Counted from the first letter of the stretch, positions 1 to 9,934 are shown. The stretch: DNA of 64,000 nucleotides from Patescibacteria group bacterium (GCA_041660605.1 JBAZWB010000001.1:201295-265294); one strand, 5' to 3'. Notes: generated from the sequence alone by a model not told the origin. A program made the numbers and translations.

Positions 1-2
1 TC

Positions 3-1292
3 AAAGAAGATGATATTTTCCTGGCCGGCCTGACAATCAAGAAAGACAGGAGTGTCGGCTATATCGATCGTTTCCGCCACCGGCTGATGTTCCCGATCTG
101 GGATATCCACGGCAATGTCATTGGCTTCGGCGGCCGCTGGCTGGGCGCGGAAAACGACAAAATGGCCAAATACATAAATACTCCGCAAACCGATATTTAT
201 AATAAAAGCCAGGTCCTTTACGGCATTGATAAAGCCAGGCAGGAAATAAAAAAGCAGAAATTGGCCGTCATAGTTGAGGGATATATGGATTGCCTGGCTT
301 CACATCAGGCTGGGGTAATAAACGTGGTCGCTTCTTCCGGCACAGCCCTGACGCTGGAACAGGTGAAATTGCTGAAGCGTTATACTACCAATCTGGCTTT
401 TGCCTTTGACCAGGATCTGGCCGGCGACAGCGCCGCCAAGCGCGGCATTGAGATCGCCTGGCAGGAGGAAATGAACACAAAAATAATTCAGCTGCCGCAG
501 GGCAAGGATCCCGATGAATTGCTGAAAATTGAACCAGCCGCCTGGCCCCGGGCGATTGTTCAGGCCCAATCCGTTATGGAATATTATTTTCAGAAGACTT
601 TTTCCAAGCTGGATCTGAAAAGCGTGGACAATAAAAAAGAAACTGCCCGGATATTACTGCCGGTAATCGCCAAGCTGTCCGATACTATAGAGCAGTCGCA
701 TTATGTCCAAAAATTGGCGGGCCTGCTGAACGTTGAGGAAAGCGTCATCAGGGATAAGCTGAAAAGAATGCAGCTGCAGAAGTCCGGTAAAGCCGACCAG
801 CAGGCAAGCGAACCCGCATACCAGTCTAAAGACCGCTTCATCGCTTTGTCGGAAAATATCATCGGTACGGTGCTGAAAGATAATGAAAAATTTGATGTCA
901 TCGCTGAGCAGCTGCTGCCAGAGCATGTGCCGCTGGAAAAACTAAGCAGGCTTTACAAATTGATGCTAATTTATTATACTAAAAATCAAGCTTTCAACTA
1001 CAAAGAATTTATATCCTCAATACCACAGGCGGACAAGGAACTGGCTACTTATGCGGAGATCTTATCATTAAAGGCCGAACAGGATAACGGTGAGGCCAGT
1101 GAAGATTTTGTTATCCAGGAGATCCGTTCCGGCGTCCACCAAGTGGCGAGAAACCACCTCCAAAAGTCCCTCAAGGGCATAGAGGAGGCTCTGCGTCAGG
1201 CTGAGAAAAGCAATAATAAGCAAAAAGCCGAGCAACTGAACCGCGATTTTTCCGATAAAATCAGCGAGCTCAAACAGCTTGATAATGAGTAA
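3..1292 (+). CDS. dnaG: DNA primase (5' end lies before the window)
   Basis: Frame is open from base 3. Motifs [39 protein letters not shown]. Directly upstream of rpoD. Confidence 0.97.
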   Translation, partial: KEDDIFLAGLTIKKDRSVGYIDRFRHRLMFPIWDIHGNVIGFGGRWLGAENDKMAKYINTPQTDIYNKSQVLYGIDKARQEIKKQKLAVIVEGYMDCLASHQAGVINVVASSGTALTLEQVKLLKRYTTNLAFAFDQDLAGDSAAKRGIEIAWQEEMNTKIIQLPQGKDPDELLKIEPAAWPRAIVQAQSVMEYYFQKTFSKLDLKSVDNKKETARILLPVIAKLSDTIEQSHYVQKLAGLLNVEESVIRDKLKRMQLQKSGKADQQASEPAYQSKDRFIALSENIIGTVLKDNEKFDVIAEQLLPEHVPLEKLSRLYKLMLIYYTKNQAFNYKEFISSIPQADKELATYAEILSLKAEQDNGEASEDFVIQEIRSGVHQVARNHLQKSLKGIEEALRQAEKSNNKQKAEQLNRDFSDKISELKQLDNE

Positions 1293-1306
1293 TATTTTTA
1301 TATAGA

Positions 1307-2518
1307 ATGATGCACAAAAAAATAAAAAAGAAAATAAAGAAGCGAAAAACAACGGCAAAAAGAGACCCCGCTAAAAAAACGCCAAGAAAAAAGAAGAACA
1401 CCGGCAGAAAAACAGAAGTTTCGCCTGTTATCAAACCCATTGATCAGGAAAAAATAAAACGCCTCATTACCAAGGGCCATTCCCGTGGATTTTTAACGGA
1501 AACTGAAATTTTATATAATTTCCCGGATTTAGAGGAATATGTCCCGGAGTTTGAGGCTTTTCTGGACAGACTGGAGTCAGTCGGCGTACAGGTTATCGAG
1601 GGTGCAGGTCATTTTCTGCAAACCGAGCCGGTAAAAGAGGTGAAACCCACCAGGAAGACCGTTGATAAGCGCCGTCTGGATTTGTCCGATATTTCCAATG
1701 ATTCCATACAGATGTATCTGCGTGAAATCGGTAAAGTTCCGCTGTTATCAGGCGATGAAGAACTGCAGCTGGCTAAAAGGAAGGAAAAAGGCGATGTGGA
1801 AGCTCAGCAGAAGCTGGTGGAAGCAAACTTACGCCTGGTCGTTTCCATTGCCAAGAAATTTACCGGCCGTTCGCTGTCTTTATTAGATTTGATCCAGGAG
1901 GGAAATATCGGGTTGTTCCGGGCTGTGGAAAAATTTGATTATCGTAAGGGTTATAAATTTTCCACTTACGCCACCTGGTGGATCCGCCAGGCCATCACCC
2001 GCGCGCTGGCCGACCAGTCCAGGACCATCAGGATTCCGGTGCATATGGTGGAGACGATCAATAAATTCCAGCAGGTAGAGCGGCAATTGATACAGGATCT
2101 GGGACGCGAACCGATGCCCGAGGAAATTGCCGCGGAAATGGACGAACCGGTAGAAAAGATTTATCATATAATGAAAATATCTCAGGATACGGTTTCCCTG
2201 GAGACTTCCGTCGGCGACAGCGATGACGAGGATTCCGTGCTGAGCGATTTCATAGAAGACGTAAAAACCGTAACGCCTGACCGGGTAGCGGCCATGCAGT
2301 TGCTGAAAGATCATGTCCGTGATATTATCAGGCAATTGTCGCCGCGAGAGCAGAAAATACTGGAAATGCGCTTCGGGCTGACTGACGGCGTTTCCCATAC
2401 GCTGGAGGAAGTCGGACAGGAATTCGGCGTGACCCGCGAACGCATCCGCCAGATTGAGGCCAAGGCTCTGGAAAAGATAGAAGACCATCAGGGCATGAGG
2501 AAATTGAAGGACTACTAA
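1307..2518 (+). CDS. rpoD: Primary RNA polymerase sigma factor (sigma70/SigA)
   Basis: [60 protein letters not shown]. Lys-rich N-terminal extension. Confidence 0.98.
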   Translation: MMHKKIKKKIKKRKTTAKRDPAKKTPRKKKNTGRKTEVSPVIKPIDQEKIKRLITKGHSRGFLTETEILYNFPDLEEYVPEFEAFLDRLESVGVQVIEGAGHFLQTEPVKEVKPTRKTVDKRRLDLSDISNDSIQMYLREIGKVPLLSGDEELQLAKRKEKGDVEAQQKLVEANLRLVVSIAKKFTGRSLSLLDLIQEGNIGLFRAVEKFDYRKGYKFSTYATWWIRQAITRALADQSRTIRIPVHMVETINKFQQVERQLIQDLGREPMPEEIAAEMDEPVEKIYHIMKISQDTVSLETSVGDSDDEDSVLSDFIEDVKTVTPDRVAAMQLLKDHVRDIIRQLSPREQKILEMRFGLTDGVSHTLEEVGQEFGVTRERIRQIEAKALEKIEDHQGMRKLKDY

Positions 2519-2523
2519 TACAT

Positions 2524-2690
2524 TCGGGAAACCCTTTTTGAGAAAAAGTGTTTCCCGGCACCTTTCGTAAAAAAGTCAGAGTGTTCGCGAACTTCAGGAC
2601 CTGGCCGAAGGCCACCCAAAGTTCGCTCACAGATTTGAAAAGTAGATTATACTGCTCGCCTTGGGACCCCTGCTAGAGGCAGGCAAGCGT
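2524..2690. repeat. Cluster of short GC-rich hairpins downstream of rpoD
   Basis: Arms cgggaaac/gtttcccg, gcgaactt/aagttcgc and cctgc-tagag-gcagg. Confidence 0.5.
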
Positions 2691-2733
2691 GAGCTCACGA
2701 TCAATAGGGTTTTAATTAATTATCTACAACATT

Positions 2734-3159
2734 ATGACAAGTCCGGAATATAATCAGGGTCCCGGAGAGCCAAGGGATGAAAGATCTGAGGCGGTTCGGG
2801 CGTCGAATCTCATAAAACGACTGGAAAGATCAAAGATGTTTCCTGCCAATTATTATCGTGATTCTTATCATAGGAAAGATAATTTATCCGTAGCCCTTCA
2901 AAAGTCGACTGAAATATTGCTTAGGGCGCTTGAAGACGAAGACTGGGATTTTATAGATATGCACATAACAGGTGCGCTGGCGCGCGGGTTCGATGATCAA
3001 GGGAAAATGAGCTGGATCCAAAAAAGAGAGTACAGGCAAGTAGTACTGGAACCAATGGTTGCCTATGTTGAAGCCGCGGTAGAGGATGGAACGCTTGAGC
3101 AAGAAAAAGGCGAGGCAATAAAACAAAGCATTAATAGCATTTTTAATAGAGTGAATTAA
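2734..3159 (+). CDS. Hypothetical protein
   Basis: 141-aa ORF with an AT-rich upstream region. No motif recognised. Confidence 0.7.
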   Translation: MTSPEYNQGPGEPRDERSEAVRASNLIKRLERSKMFPANYYRDSYHRKDNLSVALQKSTEILLRALEDEDWDFIDMHITGALARGFDDQGKMSWIQKREYRQVVLEPMVAYVEAAVEDGTLEQEKGEAIKQSINSIFNRVN

Positions 3160-3200
3160 TTATTGCTGGAAGCTTATTGGTCAGCAGTAGATTGATTGGA

Positions 3201-3242
3201 AAAATAAGTAATTTAACAATTCAATACGCATCAGCCCGCCCG
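3201..3242 (+). repeat. 42-bp direct repeat, copy 1
   Basis: aaaataagtaatttaacaattcaatacgcatcagcccgcccg matches 5498-5539 at 41/42 positions. Confidence 0.9.
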
Positions 3243-3322
3243 CAACGACTTCGTCGTGCGAAGTCGGGCGAATTGCCAGGTGACCTGTTTCTCTCATAAT
3301 CTAATCCATAACTAAGATATTT

Positions 3323-4426
3323 ATGGAATCACAATTTGGAACAAATACTACGACTTTTTACATTATCCTACCAATTCTAGTCATTGCCGCGGTGGCCATT
3401 GTGTGGTTCGTTTTAAAACTGAAAATGACACCATGGCAAAGAGTAGCGATCACGGTAGGGAGCCTCTTTGCTTTTCTTGGATTCGCAGTGGTTGTACTGG
3501 GTGTGTATTATCAGGTTAATGAGCCGTTTGCCAGCTCGTTTAAATTTTACGCCTTTACGGCATTTGCTCCGGATCAGCGCGATCCCTTTACCGAGCACAG
3601 CGAAACTCAGTCCGTGCTGATGATGCGCACGGTCGGATTTAGTGATGGGGAAGTACGGACGCAATATCATCCGAATCCATACGCTCCTACGATTACCTAT
3701 TTGTTTGTGCCGGGTAAATTTATCACAGCAAATCTTCAAGATAACGTATTAACCTATTTTATCAATAAAGAAGAAGCGGTAGAGAACACTTCACTCTGGT
3801 GGGCGTTGACCAAAGACATGCAGACGATGACATCCGATGCGGCCAATCAGGATCTAGCAACCACTCAGTATCTCGATCTCGGGCATGATTTTTCAAGCCA
3901 AGTGCCGACCGGATGGAAACTGGAAGGCTCGGAGTCAGATGCCATAAACACTGTAAAATTCGGATCACCGGCTGAACGATATAACTTCATTCCCAACACA
4001 GAAAGTATGGATTCAAATGATATGTATACCGGTCCCTTTATTAGCACCTCCTCATTTACCATTGACAGCAGATTGTCGGCTCGTGATGTAGCCAATCTGA
4101 TTCAGGATAGTTCGTCTGCAGACAAGATAGACAATGGCACTGACGAGTGTATATTCTCTGCCGATGTTAGCGTTACCGGTATCGGATATTATGCGTATCT
4201 ATCTGACAATACAGATCTTACGCAATGCGCAGACCAGGGAACTGAAATCGGCAAAAGCATGACACTGGTCCTCAAGAACGAAGGGGATGATCGAGCGGTA
4301 ACGGTGGCGCTTACAGCTAAAAATGATTCAGAGTTTGACGCAGCTTATTATAGTCTTCGTGAGTTTGTAAATTTGATGAATTTGGATAATACTTTATTTC
4401 AATTAAGTCAATTTGGTGCGTCCTAA
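3323..4426 (+). CDS. Membrane-anchored protein with a probable PsbP-like extracytoplasmic domain
   Basis: Two N-terminal hydrophobic helices; FSSQVPTGW motif; acidic C-terminal domain. Confidence 0.7.
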   Translation: MESQFGTNTTTFYIILPILVIAAVAIVWFVLKLKMTPWQRVAITVGSLFAFLGFAVVVLGVYYQVNEPFASSFKFYAFTAFAPDQRDPFTEHSETQSVLMMRTVGFSDGEVRTQYHPNPYAPTITYLFVPGKFITANLQDNVLTYFINKEEAVENTSLWWALTKDMQTMTSDAANQDLATTQYLDLGHDFSSQVPTGWKLEGSESDAINTVKFGSPAERYNFIPNTESMDSNDMYTGPFISTSSFTIDSRLSARDVANLIQDSSSADKIDNGTDECIFSADVSVTGIGYYAYLSDNTDLTQCADQGTEIGKSMTLVLKNEGDDRAVTVALTAKNDSEFDAAYYSLREFVNLMNLDNTLFQLSQFGAS

Positions 4427-4605
4427 TTTAAGGTGCAGAGAATATATTCTCAAGAAAAAAAGCTATAATAATGGGGTTTTATAAAAGTGAAAATATGTTT
4501 CCCATCAGCATATATCAATTAGACGCGAACGTTCAGATGAGTTATTATCAATATTACAATCAGTATAGTTAAACATAAAATCGTACATTGACTAATAATA
4601 CTCTT

Positions 4606-5253
4606 ATGAAAATAAAATACCTTTTAATCCTAGTAGCCGTGGTAATTGTTTCTGCCGCATTATATGTTTTTGTAATTCTGCCCAATAACGAGGATGGCGC
4701 TACCGATGATAGTCAAGCAAATGGCAATAGTAATTCATCTTTATCAATGACAACTTATCAAAATGATGAGTATCGTTTTACTTTAAGCTATCCATCTGGC
4801 TGGCGGCACAACTCAGTTGATACCAGTGATGCGGCCAGCGGTCCGTATTTTCCGTTTGTATCAATGGCCTTGGAAGAATTTGGATCTGATGATGTTAAAC
4901 AGTCAAAAATTCCTTTCACGGAAAATGATCAACGAATTCATTTTGGTATTGAAGTATATGAGATACCAGAAGAATATTCATCCGAAGGCCTAAAAAGTGA
5001 GTTGGGGTATACTAATACTAATACAAGAGCTAATATATATAAGGGCATGTTTGGTAATTATAGAGCTTTGGTAATGGTGATAGACGATACCAACCATGAA
5101 ATAGAATCAGCTCGCATGTTTAGCCAAAGCTATTTGATACAAAAAAATAGCCTGTGGTATAAAGTTAGTGTTACTGCTCGTCGAGAATCAGTGATAAATG
5201 AAAACAGTACTCTAATTAAGCAAATAGAAAATTCATTTAGGATACTAGAATGA
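4606..5253 (+). CDS. PsbP-like surface protein with an N-terminal signal anchor
   Basis: TM helix, S/N-rich linker, TYQNDEYRFTLSYPSGW, C-terminal QIENSFRILE. ATG 4606 preferred over TTG 4588. Confidence 0.75.
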   Translation: MKIKYLLILVAVVIVSAALYVFVILPNNEDGATDDSQANGNSNSSLSMTTYQNDEYRFTLSYPSGWRHNSVDTSDAASGPYFPFVSMALEEFGSDDVKQSKIPFTENDQRIHFGIEVYEIPEEYSSEGLKSELGYTNTNTRANIYKGMFGNYRALVMVIDDTNHEIESARMFSQSYLIQKNSLWYKVSVTARRESVINENSTLIKQIENSFRILE

Positions 5254-5296
5254 ATAGTATATAGGGTGCGGTATTGACGCGCGTCGTGTTGAATTA

Positions 5297-5485
5297 ATGG
5301 GCGACAATGATTTATCTATCGGTACTTTTTTCATTGATCCACAGGGTAATTATTATAATTTCAACATCGAAATTTTTCCACCCACTTTAGCTGGTGAAAC
5401 AATTGGCACTCATTCGCAGGCGTATCTTGATTCTGTCCGTGATACCTATGATAGTATTATTGAGAGTTTCAAGTTTATAAATTGA
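5297..5485 (+). pseudogene. Probable C-terminal remnant of another PsbP-like paralog
   Basis: Ends YDSIIESFKFIN, resembling the upstream paralog's C-terminus. No N-terminal anchor. Confidence 0.5.
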
Positions 5486-5497
5486 TACTCTTTAAAT

Positions 5498-5539
5498 AAA
5501 ATAAGCAATTTAACAATTCAATACGCATCAGCCCGCCCG
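5498..5539 (+). repeat. 42-bp direct repeat, copy 2 (tRNA leader region)
   Basis: 41/42 identical to 3201-3242. Confidence 0.9.
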
Positions 5540-5634
5540 ATACGCTTCGCTAAAGCAACGCGGGGCAAGCAATGGCCCCGCTAGTCAGCGGGGTAAATGC
5601 CGCAACCAAAATATTTTAAATTAAAATACTCTCC

Positions 5635-5706
5635 TCCGCGATAGCTCAATGGTAGAGCAACCGGCTGTTAACCGGTAGGCTGTCGGTTCGAATCCGACTC
5701 GCGGAG
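5635..5706 (+). tRNA. tRNA-Asn (GTT), CCA not encoded
   Basis: Acceptor stem tccgcga/tcgcgga; D arm gctcaatggtagagc; anticodon arm accgg-ctGTTaa-ccggt; T arm gtcgg-ttcgaat-ccgac. Confidence 0.97.
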
Positions 5707-5729
5707 GAGAGTATTTTTTGTTTTAAATG

Positions 5730-6007
5730 GGCTGCCTGCCCCGCCGAATGGCGGGGTTAACCCCGTATCACAGTTCACTTCGTTCACTGTTCACGGGGCA
5801 AGCCGGTAGGCTGTCGGTTCTCCCGCCATAAAATTATTTAATTAATAATGAAGGCGGGATCCGCCTCCCTTCGGGTCTGAGCCCCTCAGGGTCGAAGACT
5901 GGCGGAGAATCTTGAGATCAAAAATATAATCAAATGACGAAATCCCGCCGCAAGGCGGGGCGACTCGCCCCGATAGAAATCGGAGATTTCGTACGGGGCT
6001 CGCGGAG
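5730..6007 (+). pseudogene. Fragmented second copy of the tRNA-Asn 3' 44 nt, interrupted by hairpin inserts
   Basis: ggctg (5730-34) + ttaa (5757-60) + ccggtaggctgtcggttc (5803-20) + gaatc (5907-11) + cgactc (5961-66) + gcggag (6002-07) equals 5663-5706 exactly. Confidence 0.85.
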
Positions 6008-6014
6008 TTAGGTG

Positions 6015-6051
6015 CCTGCCCGCTTTACATTGCAAAAGCAAGGCAGGCGGG
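6015..6051. repeat. Short palindromic element, cctgcccgc...ggcaggcggg family
   Basis: Same termini as 34029-34065 with a different inner hairpin. Confidence 0.7.
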
Positions 6052-6211
6052 CTGATGCGGGGCATGGAGACAATGGAACCTAGCTAGAAGTAATAAACCA
6101 CTGCCTGTCGTGTGGTAATTTTGTAATTTCTAATAGGATTGATTTTTAGCATAAATAATGGGATAATGTCAGCACTGGTTAAGAATCCTATTTTTATTTT
6201 TTATTTATAAT

Positions 6212-6964
6212 ATGTCCCAATACTACAACCCCCAGCGAAAACGCAATCTCTACGACCCAAAAAGTCCGGCTGTGTTCCGGCTTAGCCGTTCGCAAATTGA
6301 TTTATTTTTGAATTGTCAGCGCTGTTTCTATCTTGACCGGCGGCTTGGGGTTGGCCGGCCGCCTGGCTATCCCTTTACGCTGAATTCAGCGGTTGATGAA
6401 CTTTTGAAGCGTGAGTTTGATATTCATCGTGCAAATGGCACGAAACACCCGTTGCAGAAAAAATACGGCATAGACGCCGTTCCGCTGGCGCATGAAAAAA
6501 TGGACGAATGGCGCGACGCCTTGCGGCATGGCATTGCTTTTCATCACGACCGCACAAATTTTTTAATTACCGGCGGCATTGATGATGTCTGGGTCAGGCC
6601 AAACGGCGAATTAATCATCGTTGATTACAAGGCCACATCAAAAAAAGAAGAAGTGAATCTTGATGCTGACTGGCAGATCGGGTACAAGCGGCAGATGGAA
6701 GTCTATCAATGGCTCTTCCGGCAAAACAGGTTTAAGGTTTCCAAAACAGGATACTTCGTCTACTGCAATGGCAACAGCGATGCCAAAGCTTTTGACGGGA
6801 AACTGGAATTTGACGTAAAAGTAATCCCATATGAGGGTGATGATTCATGGGTAGAGCAGGCAATTATTGACGCTCACGCTTGCCTGAATGGCAATAAAAT
6901 TCCCAGGGCTGGCCAGGATTGCGATTATTGCAGTTATATCGCGGCAATAAACAGTAAAAGTTGA
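6212..6964 (+). CDS. PD-(D/E)XK nuclease (RecB/Cas4-like family)
   Basis: LSRSQIDLFLNCQRC, GGIDD, IVDYK, QMEVY and a C-terminal CDYC. Confidence 0.9.
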   Translation: MSQYYNPQRKRNLYDPKSPAVFRLSRSQIDLFLNCQRCFYLDRRLGVGRPPGYPFTLNSAVDELLKREFDIHRANGTKHPLQKKYGIDAVPLAHEKMDEWRDALRHGIAFHHDRTNFLITGGIDDVWVRPNGELIIVDYKATSKKEEVNLDADWQIGYKRQMEVYQWLFRQNRFKVSKTGYFVYCNGNSDAKAFDGKLEFDVKVIPYEGDDSWVEQAIIDAHACLNGNKIPRAGQDCDYCSYIAAINSKS

Positions 6965-8349
6965 TGAGACAGGCAGAAGCTTTGGAAATACTAAAAATGG
7001 GGCATAATGTGTTTTTAACCGGCCCGGCAGGCAGCGGCAAGACTTTTTTGTTGAATAAATATATTGGTTATTTAAAGAAAAATAAAGTTGAAATGGCGAT
7101 TACCGCTTCGACAGGGCTGGCGGCTACCCATTTAAACGGCCGGACCATCCATTCCTGGTGCGGCATGGGAATCAGCCAGAGCCTGGATGACGCGCAAATT
7201 AATCATTTGAAAAAAAAGAAACATTTAAATTCAAGCATCAGGCAGGCCAAGGTTTTGATAATAGACGAGATCTCCATGCTTAACGCCAAGCGCCTGGATC
7301 TGGTTAATGCTATTTGCCAGGCTTTCCGGCAGGATGCCAGGCCGTTTGGCGGGATTCAAGTAATTTTTTGCGGAGATTTTTTTCAGCTCCCACCGGTAAC
7401 CAGGAACGAAGATGAAGATGGACGTTTTGTCATTGAGTCGGAGATATGGGGCAATATGGATATAAAGATTTGCTATCTTGAGGAGCAGCACCGGCAAGCA
7501 GACAGGCGGTTTCTGAAAGTATTGAATGATATCAGGTCTAACCAAGTCACGCCCGGTACTGTAAATATTTTGAAAACAAGATTTAATAAGCCGATAGAAA
7601 ATAAAATAAGGCCGACCAAATTATATACGCACAACCATAGCGTTGACGCCGAGAATTTTTCTGAATTAGACAAACTAGAGGGGGCAGAGGTGCCTTATGA
7701 AATGCGCTCTGAGGGCGTACAGCACCTGGTCAAAAGCCTCAAGGACAGCTACTGCCTGGCTCCCGAGACCCTGAAGCTGAAAATTAACGCGGTGGTCATG
7801 TTTGTTAAGAATAATTTTACCAAGGGGTATATCAACGGCACTTTGGGCAGGGTAACGGGATTTGACGGAGAAAGCGGCTTTCCCGTCGTAGAAACGATTT
7901 CCGGCGATAAAATCATCGCCTCTCCCGAAAAGTGGGGCATAGAAGACAATGGCAGCGTTATCGCCTCAGTTATCCAGGTGCCGCTCAGGCTGGCCTGGGC
8001 TATCACGGTCCATAAAAGCCAGGGGATGAGCCTGGATTGCGCGGAAATGGATTTAAGCAAAACATTTGAATACGGCATGGGTTACGTTGCCTTATCCAGA
8101 GTAAAAGCATTGTCAGGCATAAAATTGTCAGGCCTAAACGATTTGGCATTAAAAGTAAATCAAAAAATCGTTGATCTGGATAAAGATTTTTTCAGGATGT
8201 CGCAGAAGCTATTGAAAGGATTAAAGACATTAAGCAAGAAAGAAAAGAAGGATAGGCAGAAGAAATTTATACAAAATAACAGGATTACTGACGACGTGCT
8301 GTATAATTTCAGAACGGAAAGCGCAACAGTCGATGATATTCCATTTTAA
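6964..8349 (+). CDS. PIF1/RecD-like SF1B helicase
   Basis: GPAGSGKT, ASTGLAA, TIHSW, IIDEISM, GDFFQLPPV, LAWAITVHKSQGMSL, YVALSRV. TGATG overlap with the nuclease gene. Confidence 0.93.
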   Translation: MRQAEALEILKMGHNVFLTGPAGSGKTFLLNKYIGYLKKNKVEMAITASTGLAATHLNGRTIHSWCGMGISQSLDDAQINHLKKKKHLNSSIRQAKVLIIDEISMLNAKRLDLVNAICQAFRQDARPFGGIQVIFCGDFFQLPPVTRNEDEDGRFVIESEIWGNMDIKICYLEEQHRQADRRFLKVLNDIRSNQVTPGTVNILKTRFNKPIENKIRPTKLYTHNHSVDAENFSELDKLEGAEVPYEMRSEGVQHLVKSLKDSYCLAPETLKLKINAVVMFVKNNFTKGYINGTLGRVTGFDGESGFPVVETISGDKIIASPEKWGIEDNGSVIASVIQVPLRLAWAITVHKSQGMSLDCAEMDLSKTFEYGMGYVALSRVKALSGIKLSGLNDLALKVNQKIVDLDKDFFRMSQKLLKGLKTLSKKEKKDRQKKFIQNNRITDDVLYNFRTESATVDDIPF

Positions 8350-8424
8350 TAATTTTATAAAACGGCATATAATTATTATTCAGAATACAGCCTGGCCGTA
8401 TAATTTAAATAAAGACACCCTCAC

Positions 8425-9897
8425 ATGACCAATGATACCGTAGTCCTTCGCTTTTCCGACGTCACCTTCGCCTACGAGCACGGCAAGAAATTGCTCGACG
8501 AAGCGAATTTTTCCGTCCGCGCCGGCAGCCGCATCACCCTGATGGGCCAGAATGGGGCGGGCAAGAGCTCAATTTTTAAGCTTATTATCGGTGAGCTGGA
8601 GCCGACCGACGGCCGTTTGTCGCGCACCCCGCCGGAGGCCAGCGTCGCTATCGCCCGCCAGGTAATGCCGAAGGAAGCGCTTGAGCTGACCGTGCGGGCT
8701 TACTTTGCCAGCGCTTTTCCCGCAGTGCAGTATAACCTGGATAAGCTGATCAAGGGAGTGTTTGATATCGTCCATTTGGCGCTACCGCTTGACAGGACAA
8801 TCCGTCAGCTTTCCGGCGGTCAGCAGGCGCGGCTGCTCCTGGCGCACGCCCTGATCCAGAATCCGGATATCCTCCTGCTCGACGAACCGACCAACAACCT
8901 CGACCAGTATGGCATTGACCATCTGACTGAGTTCCTCGTCTTGTATGAAAAAACATGCCTGGTCATTTCCCACGACGCCGATTTCCTGAACGCCTTTTCT
9001 GACGGCGTACTCTATCTGGATGCGCGCACCCAGAAGGTTGAGCAATATACCGGCAACTATACTGACGTTGTCGAGGAAATCACCCGGCGGATTGAGCGGG
9101 AGAATTACCAAAATGCCCGGATGCAGCGGCAGATCAAGGAAAAGCGTGCGCAAGCCGAAGTATTTGCCCATAAAGGCGGGAAGCTGCGCGGCGTAGCCAA
9201 GCGGATGCGCGAGGCGGCGGAAGAGGCGGAAGAGAGCATCGTCAGCGTCCGCCAGGAAGACAGAACGATACGGGATTTTTCCATTCCCTGCCAGGAATTC
9301 AGCCCCCACTTCGGCGGAACCATCGTGCAGCTGCAGGCGGCGACGGTTGTTCGCGACCACCAGCCAGTGGAGAAAAAATTAGACGTCACGATCCGCAAGG
9401 GCAATCACGTCGTCATTGCCGGACCGAACGGCATCGGCAAGAGCACGTTGCTGGCAAAAATCGCCGGCGGGTCTTCGGATCACGCCAAGGTTGCGCCGGA
9501 GGCTGCCATCGGGTACTATCAGCAGGATTTCGGAAATCTTGACGGCGACCAGATCGCCTTCGACGCCTTGCGGGCGGTCATGACGGCTGATGACGAGCAG
9601 TTGCTCCGGTCGACTGCCGCGGGGTTCCTGCTTGACGGCGGGCTGCTGGCCCGGCCGATCCGGGCGCTGTCCGAAGGGCAGAAAGGCCTCCTGTCGTTCT
9701 GCCGGTTTGTATTGCAAAAGCCCGGCTTGCTCATCCTTGACGAGCCGACCAATCACATAAATTTCCGGCACCTGCCGGTCCTGGCCCGGGCGCTGGACGG
9801 GTACCGCGGCGCGCTGATCATGGTTTCTCACATCCCTGAATTTGTCAGTCAGATCAGGATTGATACGGTAGTGGATCTGGAACAGGCGTCGGTTTAG
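8425..9897 (+). CDS. ABC-F family ribosome-associated ATPase
   Basis: Two NBDs (GQNGAGKS / LSGGQ / LLLDEPTNNLD and GPNGIGKS / LSEGQ / LDEPTNH), a GNY linker and no TM helices. Confidence 0.92.
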   Translation: MTNDTVVLRFSDVTFAYEHGKKLLDEANFSVRAGSRITLMGQNGAGKSSIFKLIIGELEPTDGRLSRTPPEASVAIARQVMPKEALELTVRAYFASAFPAVQYNLDKLIKGVFDIVHLALPLDRTIRQLSGGQQARLLLAHALIQNPDILLLDEPTNNLDQYGIDHLTEFLVLYEKTCLVISHDADFLNAFSDGVLYLDARTQKVEQYTGNYTDVVEEITRRIERENYQNARMQRQIKEKRAQAEVFAHKGGKLRGVAKRMREAAEEAEESIVSVRQEDRTIRDFSIPCQEFSPHFGGTIVQLQAATVVRDHQPVEKKLDVTIRKGNHVVIAGPNGIGKSTLLAKIAGGSSDHAKVAPEAAIGYYQQDFGNLDGDQIAFDALRAVMTADDEQLLRSTAAGFLLDGGLLARPIRALSEGQKGLLSFCRFVLQKPGLLILDEPTNHINFRHLPVLARALDGYRGALIMVSHIPEFVSQIRIDTVVDLEQASV

Positions 9898-9934
9898 CAG
9901 AGGATGAATTTTTTCTGATAAAATTGGCCGATAT

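Noticed and set aside
5730-6007. Functional intron-containing or split tRNA
   Set aside because: The inserts show no group I core or clear bulge-helix-bulge motif, and no complete 5' half exists outside the intact gene. Kept as a pseudogene unless RNA data show splicing.
6212-6964. Cas4 / CRISPR-Cas system
   Set aside because: No cas1 or cas2 and no regularly spaced repeat-spacer array seen in the window; treated as a stand-alone PD-(D/E)XK nuclease.
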